Positions 10,752-24,936 of a stretch of DNA of 64,000 nt are shown here, piece by piece (position 1 is the stretch's first letter; the number at the start of each line of letters is the position of its first letter). The stretch lies in the NCBI RefSeq assembly GCF_009914755.1, contig NC_060948.1. One strand, 5' to 3'. A program made the translations under genes and the position numbers. The DNA comes from the human T2T-CHM13v2.0 reference genome, Homo sapiens. Under the pieces are notes generated by a model that was not told the origin of the DNA, searched no databases, and worked only from the letters and a program-made list of their open reading frames with translations.

Positions 10752-13700
10752 TTAGAATGTAATGAACTTTAATGGAATGTACTCGAATGGATTCGACTGG
10801 AATGGAATGTTCTCGAAGTGAATGGACTCCAATGGAATGGATTCGAAAGGAATGGAATCTAATGGAATGGAATTAAATGGAAATGAATCAAATTGAATAG
10901 AACGGAATTGAATTGAATGGAATCGAATGCAATGGAATCTAATGAAACGGAAAGGAAAGGAATGGAATGGATTGGAATGCAATGGGCTGGAATGGAATGG
11001 AATCGAAACGAATGGAATGGAATCGAACTGAAGAGACTGGAATGGAATGCACTGGAATGGTAGGGAATGTAATGGAAGGTTCTCGAAAAAAATGGAATCG
11101 AAAGGAATGGAATTGAATGGAACGGAATAGAGTCGAATGGAATTCAATGGAATGGAATGGACTAGAGTGAAATGGAATCGAACCACAAGGAATGGACAGG
11201 AATAGAATGGTCTCGAATTGAATGGAATCGTATGGAATGGCATCAAACGGAATGGAATGGACAGCCACGGAATGGAATGGACACCCACGGAATGGAATGC
11301 ACTCGAATGCAATGGAGTCGACACTAATGGACTGGAATAGAATGGACTCGACTGGTACGGACTCCAATGGAATGGAATCGAATGGAAGGGAATCGAACGG
11401 AATGGACTCGAAGGGAAAAGACTGCAATGGAAAGGTCTCGAATGGAATGGAAATTAATGGAATGGAATGGAATCGAATGAAATGGAGTCAAAAGGAATGG
11501 AATCGAATGGCAAGAAATCGAATGTAATGGAATCGCAAGGAATTGATGTGAACGGAACGGAATGGAATGGAATCCAAAGGAATGGAATAGAATGGAATGG
11601 AATCGAATGGAAAGGACTCGAATGGAAATCACTCGAATAGAATGCAATTTAATAAAATAGGATCAAATGTAATGGAATGGAATGGAAAGGAATCGAAACG
11701 AAAGGAATGGAGACAGATGGAATGGAATGGAACAGAGAGCAATGGTATAGAATGGAATGGAATCATCTGGAATGGAATTGAATGGAATGGAATAATATGA
11801 AATGGAATGGAATGGAATGGAATGCCCTTGAATTAAATGGACTGGAATGGAATGGACTCGAACAGAGTGGAATGGAAAGTGTTGAAATAGAATGGAATGG
11901 ACTCGTTTGGAATGGTCTAGTATGCAATGCAATCGACTGGCAGGGAATCAAAAGGAATGTAATCGAATGGATTGGACTGGAATGCAATGGACTCGAATAG
12001 ATTGGAAACGGAAAGCAAAGGAATGGAATGGAATAGTATGGAATGGAATGGAAAGGAATGGAGAGGAATAGACTAGAGTGGAATGGAATGGACTCGAAAG
12101 CAATGGACTGAAATGGAACTTTCTTGAATGGACTGGAATCAAACGGAATGGAATGCAATGCAATCAAATGGCATGGAATAAAATAGAATGAAAGAGAATC
12201 AAATGGAATTGAATCGAATGGAATCGAATGGATTGGAAAGGAATAGAATGGAATGGAATGGAATTGACTCAAATGGAATGGACTAGAATGGAATGGATTC
12301 GAATGGAAGGCAAAGGAATGGAATCTATTGGAATGGACTGTAATGGAATGGAATGGAAAGGATTGGAATGGACTCGAATGGAATGGACTGCAATAGAAAG
12401 GATTCGAATGGAATGAAAATGAATTGAATGGAATAGAACAGAATGGAATCAAATCGAATGAAATGGAATGGAATAGAAAGGAATGGAATGAAATGGAATG
12501 GAAAGGATTCGAATGGAATGCAATCGAATGGAATGCAATCAAATGGAATGGAATCGAACGGAATGGAATAAAATGGAAGAAAACTGGCAAGAAATGGAGT
12601 CGAAATGAATGGAGTGTTATGGAACCGACTCAAAAGGAATTGAATGTAATAGAATGGAGTGGAGTGGACTCGAATATAATGGACTGGAATGGAATGAAAT
12701 CACATGGAATGGGAACGAATGGAATGGAATGGAAAGGAATGGAATCGAATGGAAAGGAATCGAATGGAAGGGAATGAAATTGAATCAACAGGAATGGAAG
12801 GGAGTAGAATAGACGGTAATGGAATGGACTCGAATAGAATGGACACGAATGCTCAAATTGAATGGACTCGAATGGAATGGAAACGAAAGGAATGTCATCG
12901 AATGGAATTGAATCGATTGGAATGAAATCACATAGAATGGAGTGGAATCAAATGGAATTGAATCGAAAGGAAAGGAAGCGAATGGACTGAAATGAAATGG
13001 AATGGAATTGAATGGAAATTAATGCAGTGGAATAGAATGGAACGAAATTTCACGGAATGGAATCAAACTGAATGGAATCAAATCAATGGAATATAATCAA
13101 ATGGAATGGAAAGGAATTGAATGGAGTAGATTGGATTGGATGGGATTGGAATGAAATGTACTGGAAAGGACTCGAATTTCATGAAACGGAATGGAATGAA
13201 TTAGAACGGAATGGACTCGAATGGAATGGAATGTCATGGAATGGCATCAAATGGAATGGAATCGAATGCGATGGAATGCTATGGAATGGAATGGAATGCA
13301 TTGGAATGGAATGTCCTCTAATGGAATGTATTCGAGTGGAATGGAATCGAATATAATGGAGTCTAATGAAAGGGAATTGAAAGGAATGGGACCGAATACA
13401 ATGGAATATACTGGAATGTAATGTAATGAACTCGAATGTAATTGACTGGAATGGAATGTACATGAATGGAATGTAATCGAATGGAAAGCAATCCAATGGA
13501 ATAGAATCTAATGCAATAAAATCGACTCAAATAGAGTAGAATGTAATGGAATGGAGTGCAGTGCAATGGAATGGAATGGAATGGAATGCAATGGAATGGA
13601 ATGGAATGGAATGGAATGGGATGGAATGGTATGGAATGGATAGTAATGGACTGGAGTGAAATGGACTGGAAAAGAATGGACTCAAATTGAAAGGGCTCGA

Positions 13701-14305
13701 AAGGAATGGAGTCAAATGGAATGGTCTGGAATGGAATGAACACGAATGTAATGCAATCCAATGGAATGGAATCGAATGGCATGGAATATAAAGAAATGGA
13801 ATCGAAGAGAATGGAAACAAATGGAATGGAATTGAATGGAATGGAATTGAATGGAATGGGAACGAATGGAGTGAAATTGTATGCAGTAGAAGAGAATAGA
13901 ATGGAATGCAAGCGAAAGGAAAGGAATGGATTGGAATGGAATGGAATTCATTGGAATGGAAGGGAATGTAGTGTAATGGACAGGCCTGGAATAAAGTGGA
14001 ATGCTACGGTCTCGAATGGAATAAAAATGTATGGAATGGAATGCAATGAAACGGAATCGAATGTCATAGAATGTAATGGAATGCAAAAAAATGGAATCCA
14101 AAATCATTGACTGGAAAGGCTGGGTGTCGAAAGGAATTGACTCCAATGGAATGGAATCGAATGGAATGGAAGTGAATAGAATGGAACTAAATCGAATGGA
14201 ATGGAATTCATAGGAACGGAATGGAAAGGAATGCAATGATTTGGCATGGAATGGAATCGAATGGCATCGAATGGAATGGAATGGAATGCAATGGAATGGA
14301 ATGTA
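10752..14305 (+). repeat. DYZ1 unit 4 (3554 bp, subtype A)
   Basis: Landmark to landmark; shares private variants with unit 3. Confidence 0.9.
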
Positions 14306-17300
14306 TTAGAATGTAATGAACTTTAATGGAATGTACTCGAATGGATTCGACTGGAATGGAATGTTCTCGAAGTGAATGGACTCCAATGGAATGGATTCGA
14401 AAGGAATGGAATCTAATGGAATGGAATTAAATGGAAATGAATCAAATTGAATAGAACGGAATTGAATTGAATGGAATCGAATGCAATGGAATCTAATGAA
14501 ACGGAAAGGAAAGGAATGGAATGGATTGGAATGGAATGGGCTGGAATGGAATGGAATCGAAACGAATGGAATGGAATCGAACTGAAGAGACTGGAATGGA
14601 ATGCACTGGAATGGAAGGGAATGTAATGGAAGGTTCTCGAAAAAAATGGAATCGAAAGGAATGGAATTGAATGGAACGGAATAGAGTCGAATGGAATTCA
14701 ATGGAATGGAATGGACTAGAGTGAAATGGAATCGAACCACAAGGAATGGACAGGAATAGAATGGTCTCGAATTGAATGGAATCGTATGGAATGGCATCAA
14801 TCAGAATGGAATGGACAGCCACGGAATGGAATGGACACCCACGGAATGGAATGCACTCGAATGCAATGGAGTCGACACTAATGGACTGGAATAGAATGGA
14901 CTCGACTGATACGGACTCCAATGGAATGGAATCGAATGGAAGGGAATCGAACGGAATGGACTCGAAGGAAAAAGACTGCAATGGAAAGGTCTCGAATGGA
15001 ATGGAAATTAATGGAATGGAATGGAATCGAATGAAATGGAGTCAAAAGGAATGGAATCGAATGGCAAGAAATCGAATGTAATGGAATCGCAAGGAATTGA
15101 TGTGAACGGAACGGAATGGAATGGAATCCAAAGGAATGGAATAGAATGGAATGGAATCGAATGGAAAGGACTCGAATGGACATCACTCGAATTGAATGCA
15201 ATTTAATAAAATAGGATCAAATGTAATGGAATGGAATGGAAAGGAATCGAAACGAAAGGAATGGAGACAGATGGAATGGAATGGAACAGAGAGCAATGGT
15301 ATAGAATGGAATGGAATCATCTGGAATGGAATTGAATGGAATGGAATAACATGAAATGGACTGGAATGGAATGGAATGCCCTTGAATTAAATGGACTGGA
15401 ATGGAATGGACTCGAACAGAGTGGAATGGAAAGTGTTGAAATAGAATGGAATGGACTCGTTTGGAATGGTCTAGTATGCAATGCAATCGACTGGCAGGGA
15501 ATCAAAAGGAATGTAATCGAATGGATTGGACTGGAATGCAATGGACTCGAATAGATTGGAAACGGAAAGCAAAGGAATGGAATGGAATAGTATGGAATGG
15601 AATGGAAAGGAATGGAGTGGAATAGACTAGAGTGGAATGGAATGGACTCGAAAGCAATGGACTGGAATGGAACTTTCTTGAATGGACTGGAATCAAACGG
15701 AATGGAATGCAATGCAATCAAATGGCATGGAATAAAATAGAATGAAAGAGAATGAAATGGAATTGAATCGAATGGAATCGAATGGATTGGAAAGGAATAG
15801 AATGGAATGGAATGGAATTGACTCAAATGGAATGGACTAGAATGGAATGGATTCGAATGGAAGGCAAAGGAATGGAATCTATTGGAATGGACTGTAATGG
15901 AATGGAATGGAAGGGATTGGAATGGACTCGAATGGAATGGACTGCAATAGAAAGGATTCGAATGGAATGAAAAAGAATTGAATGGAATAGAACAGAATGG
16001 AATCAAATCGAATGAAATGGAATGGAATAGAAAGGAATGGAATGAAATGGAATGGAAAGGATTCGAATGGAATGCAATCGAATGGAATGCAATCTAATGG
16101 AATGGAATCGAACGGAATGGAATAAAATGGAAGAAAACTGGCAAGAAATGGAGTCGAAATGAATGGAGTGTTATGGAACCGACTCAAAAGGAATTGAATG
16201 TAATAGAATGGAGTGGAGTGGACTCGAATATAATGGACTGGAATGGAATGAAATCACATGGAATGGGAACGAATGGAATGGAATGGAAAGGAATGGAATC
16301 GAATGGAAAGGAATCGAATGGAAGGGAATGAAATTGAATCAACAGGAATGGAAGGGAGTAGAATAGACGGTAATGGAATGGACTCGAATAGAATGGACAC
16401 GAATGCTCAAATTGAATGGACTCGAATGGAATGGAAACGAAAGGAATGTCATCGAATGGAATTGAATCGATTGGAATGAAATCACATAGAATGGAGTGGA
16501 ATCAAATGGAATTGAATCGAAAGGAAAGGAAGCGAATGGACTGAAATGAAATGGAATGGAATTGAATGGAAATTAATGCAATGGAATAGAATGGAACGAA
16601 ATTTCACGGAATGGAATCAAACTGAATGGAATCAAATCAATGGAATATAATCAAATGGAATGGAAAGGAATTGAATGGAGTAGATTGGATTGGATGGGAT
16701 TGGAATGAAATGTACTGGAAAGGACTCGAATTTCATGAAACGGAATGGAATGAATTAGAACGGAATGGACTCGAATGGAATGGAATGTCATGGAATGGCA
16801 TCAAATGGAATGGAATCGAATGCGATGGAATGCTATGGAATGGAATGGAATGCATTGGAATGGAATGTCCTCTAATGGAATGTATTCGAGTGGAATGGAA
16901 TCGAATATAATGGAGTCTAATGAAATGGAATTGAAAGGAATGGGACCGAATACAATGGAATATACTGGAATGTAATGTAATGAACTCGAATGTAATTGAC
17001 TGGAATGGAATGTACATGAATGGAATGTAATCGAATGGAAAGCAATCCAATGGAATAGAATCTAATGCAATAAAATCGACTCAAATAGAGTAGAATGTAA
17101 TGGAATGGAGTGCAGTGCAATGGAATGGAATGGAATGGAATGCAATGGAATGGAATGGAATGGAATGGAATGAGATGGAATGGTATGGAATGGATAGTAA
17201 TGGACTGGAGTGAAATGGACTGGAAAAGAATGGACTCAAATTGAAAGGGCTCGAAAGGAATGGAGTCAAATGGAATGGTCTGGAATGGAATGAACACGAA

Positions 17301-17844
17301 TGTAATGCAATCCAATGGAATGGAATCGAATGGCATGGAATATAAAGAAATGGAATCGAAGAGAATGGAAACAAATGGAATGGAATTGAATGGAATGGAA
17401 TTGAATGGAATGGGAACGAATGGAGTGAAATTGTATGCAGTAGAAGAGAATAGAATGGAATGCAAGCGAAAGGAAAGGAATGGATTGGAATGGAATGGAA
17501 TTCATTGGAATGGAAGGGAATGTAGTGTAATGGACAGGCCTGGAATAAAGTGGAATGCTACGGTCTCGAATGGAATAAAAATGTATGGAATGGAATGCAA
17601 TGAAACGGAATCGAATGTCATAGAATGTAATGGAATGCAAAAAAATGGACTCCAAAATCATTGACTGGAAAGGCTGGGTGTCGAAAGGAATTGACTCCAA
17701 TGGAATGGAAGTGAATAGAATGGAACTAAATCGAATGGAATGGAATTGATAGGAACGGAATGGAAAGGAATGCAATGATTTGGCATGGAATGGAATCGAA
17801 TGGCATCGAATGGAATGGAATGGAATGCAATGGAATGGAATGTA
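14306..17844 (+). repeat. DYZ1 unit 5 (3539 bp, subtype A)
   Basis: Landmark to landmark; 15-bp deletion near 17700. Confidence 0.9.
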
Positions 17845-20800
17845 TTAGAATGTAATGAACTTTAATGGAATGTACTCGAATGGATTCGACTGGAATGGAA
17901 TGTTCTCGAAGTGAATGGACTCCAATGGAATGGATTCGAAAGGAATGGAATCTAATGGAATGGAATTAAATGGAAATGAATCAAATTGAATAGAACGGAA
18001 TTGAATTGAATGGAATCGAATGCAATGGAATCTAATGAAACGGAAAGGAAAGGAATGGAATGGATTGGAATGGAATGGGCTGGAATGGAATGGAATCGAA
18101 ACGAATGGAATGGAATCGAACTGAAGAGACTGGAATGGAATGCACTGGAATGGAAGGGAATGTAATGGAAGGTTCTCGAAAAAAATGGAATCGAAAGGAA
18201 TGGAATTGAATGGAACGGAATAGAGTCGAATGGAATTCAATGGAATGGAATGGACTAGAGTGAAATGGAATCGAACCACAAGGAATGGACAGGAATAGAA
18301 TGGTCTCGAATTGAATGGAATCGTATGGAATGGCATCAAACGGAATGGAATGGACAGCCACGGAATGGAATGGACACCCACGGAATGGAATGCACTCGAA
18401 TGCAATGGAGTCGACACTAATGGACTGGAATAGAATGGACTCGACTGGTACGGACTCCAATGGAATGGAATCGAATGGAAGGGAATCGAACGGAATGGAC
18501 TCGAAGGGAAAAGACTGCAATGGAAAGGTCTCCAATGGAATGGAAATTAATGGAATGGAATGGAATCGAATGAAATGGAGTCAAAAGGAATGGAATCGAA
18601 TGGCAAGAAATCGAATGTAATGGAATCGCAAGGAATGGATGTGAACGGAACGGAATGGAATGGAATCCAAAGGAATGGAATAGAATGGAATGGAATCGAA
18701 TGGAAAGGACTCGAATGGAAATCACTCGAATAGAATGCAATTTAATAAAATAGGATCAAATGTAATGGAATGGAATGGAAAGGAATCGAAACGAAAGGAA
18801 TGGAGACAGATGGAATGGAATGGAACAGAGAGCAATGGTATAGAATGGAATGGAATCATCTGGAATGGAATTGAATGGAATGGAATAATATGAAATGGAA
18901 TGGAATGGAATGGAATGCCCTTGAATTAAATGGACTGGAATGGAATGGACTCGAACAGAGTGGAATGGAAAGTGTTGAAATAGAATGGAATGGACTCGTT
19001 TGGAATGGTCTAGTATGCAATGCAATCGACTGGCAGGGAATCAAAAGGAATGTAATCGAATGGATTGGACTGGAATGCAATGGACTCGAATAGATTGGAA
19101 ACGGAAAGCAAAGGAATGGAATGGAATAGTATGGAATGGAATGGAAAGGAATGGAGTGGAATAGACTAGAGTGGAATGGAATGGACTGGAAAGCAATGGA
19201 CTGGAATGGAACTTTCTTGAATGGACTGGAATCAAACGGAATGGAATGCAATGCAATCAAATGGCATGGAATAAAATAGAATGAAAGAGAATCAAATGGA
19301 ATTGAATCGAATGGAATCGAATGGATTGGAAAGGAATAGAATGGAATGGAACGGAATTGACTCAAATGGAATGGACTAGAATGGAATGGATTCGAATGGA
19401 AGGCAAAGGAATGGAATCTATTGGAATGGACTGTAATGGAATGGAATGGAAGGGATTGGAATGGACTCGAATGGAATGGACTGCCATAGAAAGGATTCGA
19501 ATGGAATGAAAAAGAATTGAATGGAATAGAACAGAATGGAATCAAATCGAATGAAATGGAATGGAATAGAAAGGAATGGAGTGAAATGGAATGGAAAGGA
19601 TTCGAATGGAATGCAATCGAATGGAATGCAATCGAATGGAATGGAATCGAACGGAATGGAATAAAATGGAAGAAAACTGGCAAGAAATGGAATCGAAATG
19701 AACGGAGTGTTATGGAACGGACTCAAAAGGAATTGAATGTAATAGAATGGAGTGGAGTGGACTCGAATATAATGGACTGGAATGGAATGAAATCACATGG
19801 AATGGGAACGAATGGAATGGAATGGAAAGGAATGGAATCGAATGGAAAGGAATCGAATGGAAGGGAATGAAATTGAATCAACAGGAATGGAAGGGAGTAG
19901 AATAGACGGTAATGGAATGGACTCGAATAGAATGGACACGAATGCTCAAATTGAATGGACTCGAATGGAATGGAAACGAAAGGAATGTCATCGAATGGAA
20001 TTGAATCGATTGGAATGAAATCACATAGAATGGAGTGGAATCAAATGGAATTGAATCGAAAGGAAAGGAAGCGAATGGACTGAAATGAAATGGAATGGAA
20101 TTGAATGGAAATTAATGCAATGGAATAGAATGGAACGAAATTTCACGGAATGGAATCAAACTGAATGGAATCAAATCAATGGAATATAATCAAATGGAAT
20201 GGAAAGGAATTGAATGGAGTAGATTGGATTGGATGGGATTGGAATGAAATGTACTGGAAAGGACTCGAATTTCATGAAACGGAATGGAATGAATTAGAAC
20301 GGAATGGACTCGAATGGAATGGAATGTCATGGAATGGCATCAAATGGAATGGAATCGAATGCGATGGAATGCTATGGAATGGAATGGAATGCATTGGAAT
20401 GGAATGTCCTCTAATGGAATGTATTCGAGTGGAATGGAATCGAATATAATGGAGTCTAATGAAATGGAATTGAAAGGAATGGGACCGAATACAATGGAAT
20501 ATACTGGAATGTAATGTAATGAACTCGAATGTAATTGACTGGAATGGAATGTACATGAATGGAATGTAATCGAATGGAAAGCAATCCAATGGAATAGAAT
20601 CTAATGCAATAAAATCGACTCAAATAGAGTAGAATGTAATGGAATGGAGTGCAGTGCAATGGAATGGAATGGAATGGAATGCAATGGAATGGAATGGAAT
20701 GGGATGGAATGGTATGGAATGGATAGTAATGGACTGGAGTGAAATGGACTGGAAAAGAATGGACTCAAATTGAAAGGGCTCGAAAGGAATGGAGTCAAAT

Positions 20801-21388
20801 GGAATGGTCTGGAATGGAATGAACACGAATGTAATGCAATCCAATAGAATGGAATCGAATGGCATGGAATATAAAGAAATGGAATCGAAGAGAATGGAAA
20901 CAAATGGAATGGAATTGAATGGAATGGAATTGAATGGAATGGGAACGAATGGAGTGAAATTGTATGCAGTAGAAGAGAATAGAATGGAATGCAAGCGAAA
21001 GGAAAGGAATGGATTGGAATGGAATGGAATTCATTGGAATGGAAGGGAATGTAGTGTAATGGACAGGCCTGGAATAAAGTGGAATGCTACGGTCTCGAAT
21101 GGAATAAAAATGTATGGAATGGAATGCAATGAAACGGAATCGAATGTCATAGAATGTAATGGAATGCAAAAAAATGGACTCCAAAATCATTGACTGGAAA
21201 GGCTGGGTGTCGAAAGGAATTGACTCCAATGGAATGGAATCGAATGGAATGGAAGTGAATAGAATGGAACTAAATCGAATGGAATGGAATTGATAGGAAC
21301 GGAATGGAAAGGAATGCAATGATTTGGCATGGAATGGAATCGAATGGCATCGAATGGAATGGAATGGAATGCAATGGAATGGAATGTA
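17845..21388 (+). repeat. DYZ1 unit 6 (3544 bp, subtype A)
   Basis: Landmark to landmark; A markers present. Confidence 0.9.
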
Positions 21389-24300
21389 TTAGAATGTAAT
21401 GAACTTTAATGGAATGTACTCGAATGGATTCGACTGGAATGGAATGTTCTTGAAGTGAATGGACTCCAATGGAATGGATTCGAAAGGAATGGAATCTAAT
21501 GGAATGGAATTAAATGGAAATGAATCAAATTGAATAGAACGGAATTGAATTGAATGGAATCGAATGCAATGGAATCTAATGAAACGGAAAGGAAAGGAAT
21601 GGAATGGAATGGAATGGGCTGGAATGGAAAGGAATCGAAACGAATGGAATGGAATCGAACTGAAGAGACTGGAATGGAATGCACTGGAATGGAAGGGAAT
21701 GTAATGGAAGGTTCTCGAAAAAAATGGAATCGAAAGGAATGGAATTGAATGGAACGGAATAGAGTCGAATGGAATTCAATGGAATGGAATGGACTAGAGT
21801 GAAATGGAATCGAACCACAAGGAATGGACAGGAATAGAATGGTCTCGAATTGAATGGAATCGTATGGAATGGCATCAAACGGAATGGAATGGACAGCCAC
21901 GGAATGGAATGCACTCGAATGCAATGGAGTCGACACTAATGGACTGGAATAGAATGGACTCGACTGGTACGGACTCCAATGGAATGGAATCGAATGGAAG
22001 GGAATGGAACGGAATGCACTCGAAGGGAAAAGACTGCAATGGAAAGGTCTCGAATGGAATGGAAATTATTGGAATGGAATGGAATCGAATGAAATTGAGT
22101 CAAAAGGAATGGAATCGAATGGCAAGAAATCGAATGTAATGGAATCGCAAGGAATTGATGTGAACGGAACGGAATCGAATGGAATCCAAAGGAATGGAAT
22201 AGAATGGAATGGAATCGAATGGAAAGGACTCGAATGGAAATCACTCGAATAGAATGCAATTTAATAATATAGGATCAAATGTAATGGAATGGAATGGAAA
22301 GGAATCGAAACGAAAGGAATGGAGACAGATGGAATGGAATGGAACAGAGAGCAATGGTATAGAATGGAATGGAATCATCTGGAATGGAATTGAATGGAAT
22401 GGAATAATATGAAATGGAATGGAATGGAATGGAATGCCCTTGAATTAAATGGACTGGAATGGAATGGACTCAAACAGAGTGGAATGGAAAGTGTTGAAAT
22501 AGAATGGAATGGACTCGTTTGGAATGGTCTAGTATGCAATGCAATCGACTGGCAGGGAATCAAGAGGAATGTAATCGAATGGATTGGACTGGAATGCAAT
22601 GGACTCGAATAGATTGGACACGGAATGCAAACTAATGGAATGGAATAGTATGGAATGGAATGGAAAGGAATGGAGTGGAATAGACTAGAGTGGAATGGAA
22701 TGGACTCGAAAGCAATGGACTGGAATGGAACTTTCTTGAATGGACTGGAATCAAACGGAATGGAATGCAATGTAATCAAATGGCATGGAATAAAATAGAA
22801 TGAAAGAGAATCAAATGGAATTGAATCGAATGGAATCGAATGGATTGGAAAGGAATAGAATGGAATGGAATGGAATTGACTCAAATGGAATGGACTAGAA
22901 TGGAATGGATTCGAATGGAAGGCAAAGGAATGGAATCTATTGGAATGGACTGTAATGGAATGGAATGGAAGGGATTGGAATGGACTCGAATGGAATGGAC
23001 TGCAATAGAAAGGATTCGAATGGAATGAAAAAGAATTGAATGGAATAGAACAGAATGGAATCAAATCGAATGAAATGGAATGGAAGAGAAAGGAATGGAA
23101 TGAAATGGAATGGAAAGGATTCGAATGGAATGCAATCGAATGGAATGCAATCGAATGGAATGGAATCGAACGGAATGGAATAAAATGGAAGAAAACTGGC
23201 AAGAAATGGAATCGAAATGAATGGAGTGTTATGGAACGGACTCAAAAGGAATTGAATGTAATAGAATGGAGTGGAGTGGACTCGAATATAATGGACTGGA
23301 ATGGAATGAAATCACATGGAATGGGAACGAATGGAATGGAATGGAAAGGAATGGAATGGAAAGGAATGGAATCGAATGGAAAGGAATCGAATGGAAGGGA
23401 ATGAAATTGAATCAACAGGAATGGAAGGAAGTAGAATAGACGGTAATGGAATGGACTCGAATAGAATGGACACGAATGCTCAAATTGAATGGACTCGAAT
23501 GGAATGGAAACGAAAGGAATGTCGTCGAATGGAATTGAATCGATTGGAATGAAATCGCATAGAATGGAGTGGAATCAAATGGAATTGAATCGAAAGGAAA
23601 GGAAGCGAATGGTCTGAAATGAAATGGAATGGAATTGAATGGAAAGTAATGCAAGGGAATAGAATGGAACGAAATTTCACGGAATGGAATCAAACTGAAT
23701 GGAATCAAATCAATGGAATATAATCAAATGGCATGGAAAGGAATTGAATGGAGTAGATTGGATTGGATGGGATTGGAATGAAATGTACTGGAAAGGACTC
23801 GAATTTCATGAAATGGAATGGAATGAACTGGAACGGAATGGACTCGAATGGAATGGAATGTCATGGAATGGCATCAAATGGAATGGCATCAAATGGAATG
23901 GAATCGAATGCAATGGAATGCTATGGAATGGAATGGAATGCATTGGAATGGAATGTCCCCTAATGGAATGGATTCGAGTGGAATGGAATCGAATATAATG
24001 GAGTCGAATGAAATGGAATTGAAAGGAAAGGGATCGAATACAATGGAATATACTGGAATGTAATGTAATGAACTCGAATGTAATTGACTAGAATGGAATG
24101 TACATGAATGGAATGTAATCGAATGGAAAATAATCTCATGGAATAGAATCTAATGCAATAAAATCGACTCAAATAGAATAGAATGGAATGGAGTGGAGTG
24201 CAGTGCAATGGAATGGAATGGAATGGAATGCAATGGAATGGAATGGAATGGGATGGAATGGTATGGGATGGATAGAAATGGACTGGAGTGAAATGGACTG

Positions 24301-24936
24301 GAAAGTAATGGACTCAAATTGAAAGAGCTCGAAAGAATGGAGTCAAATGGAATGGTCTGGAATGGAATGAACACGAATGTAATGCAATCCAATAGAATGG
24401 AATCGAATGGCATGGAATATAAAGAAATGGAATCGAAGAGAATGGAAACGAATGGAATGGAATTGAATGGAATGGAATTGAATGGAATGGGAACGAATGG
24501 AGTGAAATTGTATGCAGTAGAAGAGAATAGAATGGAATGCAAGCGAAATTAAAGGAATGGATTGGAATGGAATGGAATTCATTGGAATGGAAGGTAATGT
24601 ATTGCAATGGACAGGCCTTTAATAAAGTGGAATGCTACGGTCTCGAATGGAATAAAAATGTATGGAATGGAATTCAATGAAACGGAATCGAATGTCATAG
24701 AATGTAATGGAATGCAAAAAAATGGAATCCAAAATCATTGACTGGAAAGGCTGGGTGTCGAAAGGAATTGACTCCAATGGAATGAAATCGAATGGAATGG
24801 AAGTGAATAGAATGGAACTAAATCGAATGGAATGGAATTCATAGGAACGGAATGGAAAGGAATGCAATGATTTGGCATGGAATGGAATCGAATGGCATCG
24901 AATGGAATGGAATGGAATGCAATGGAATGGAATGTA
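21389..24936 (+). repeat. DYZ1 unit 7 (3548 bp, mosaic, divergent second half)
   Basis: Lacks the CCCAC duplication, has doubled GGCATCAAATGGAAT, many private substitutions and a 1-bp deletion near 24335. Confidence 0.9.
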
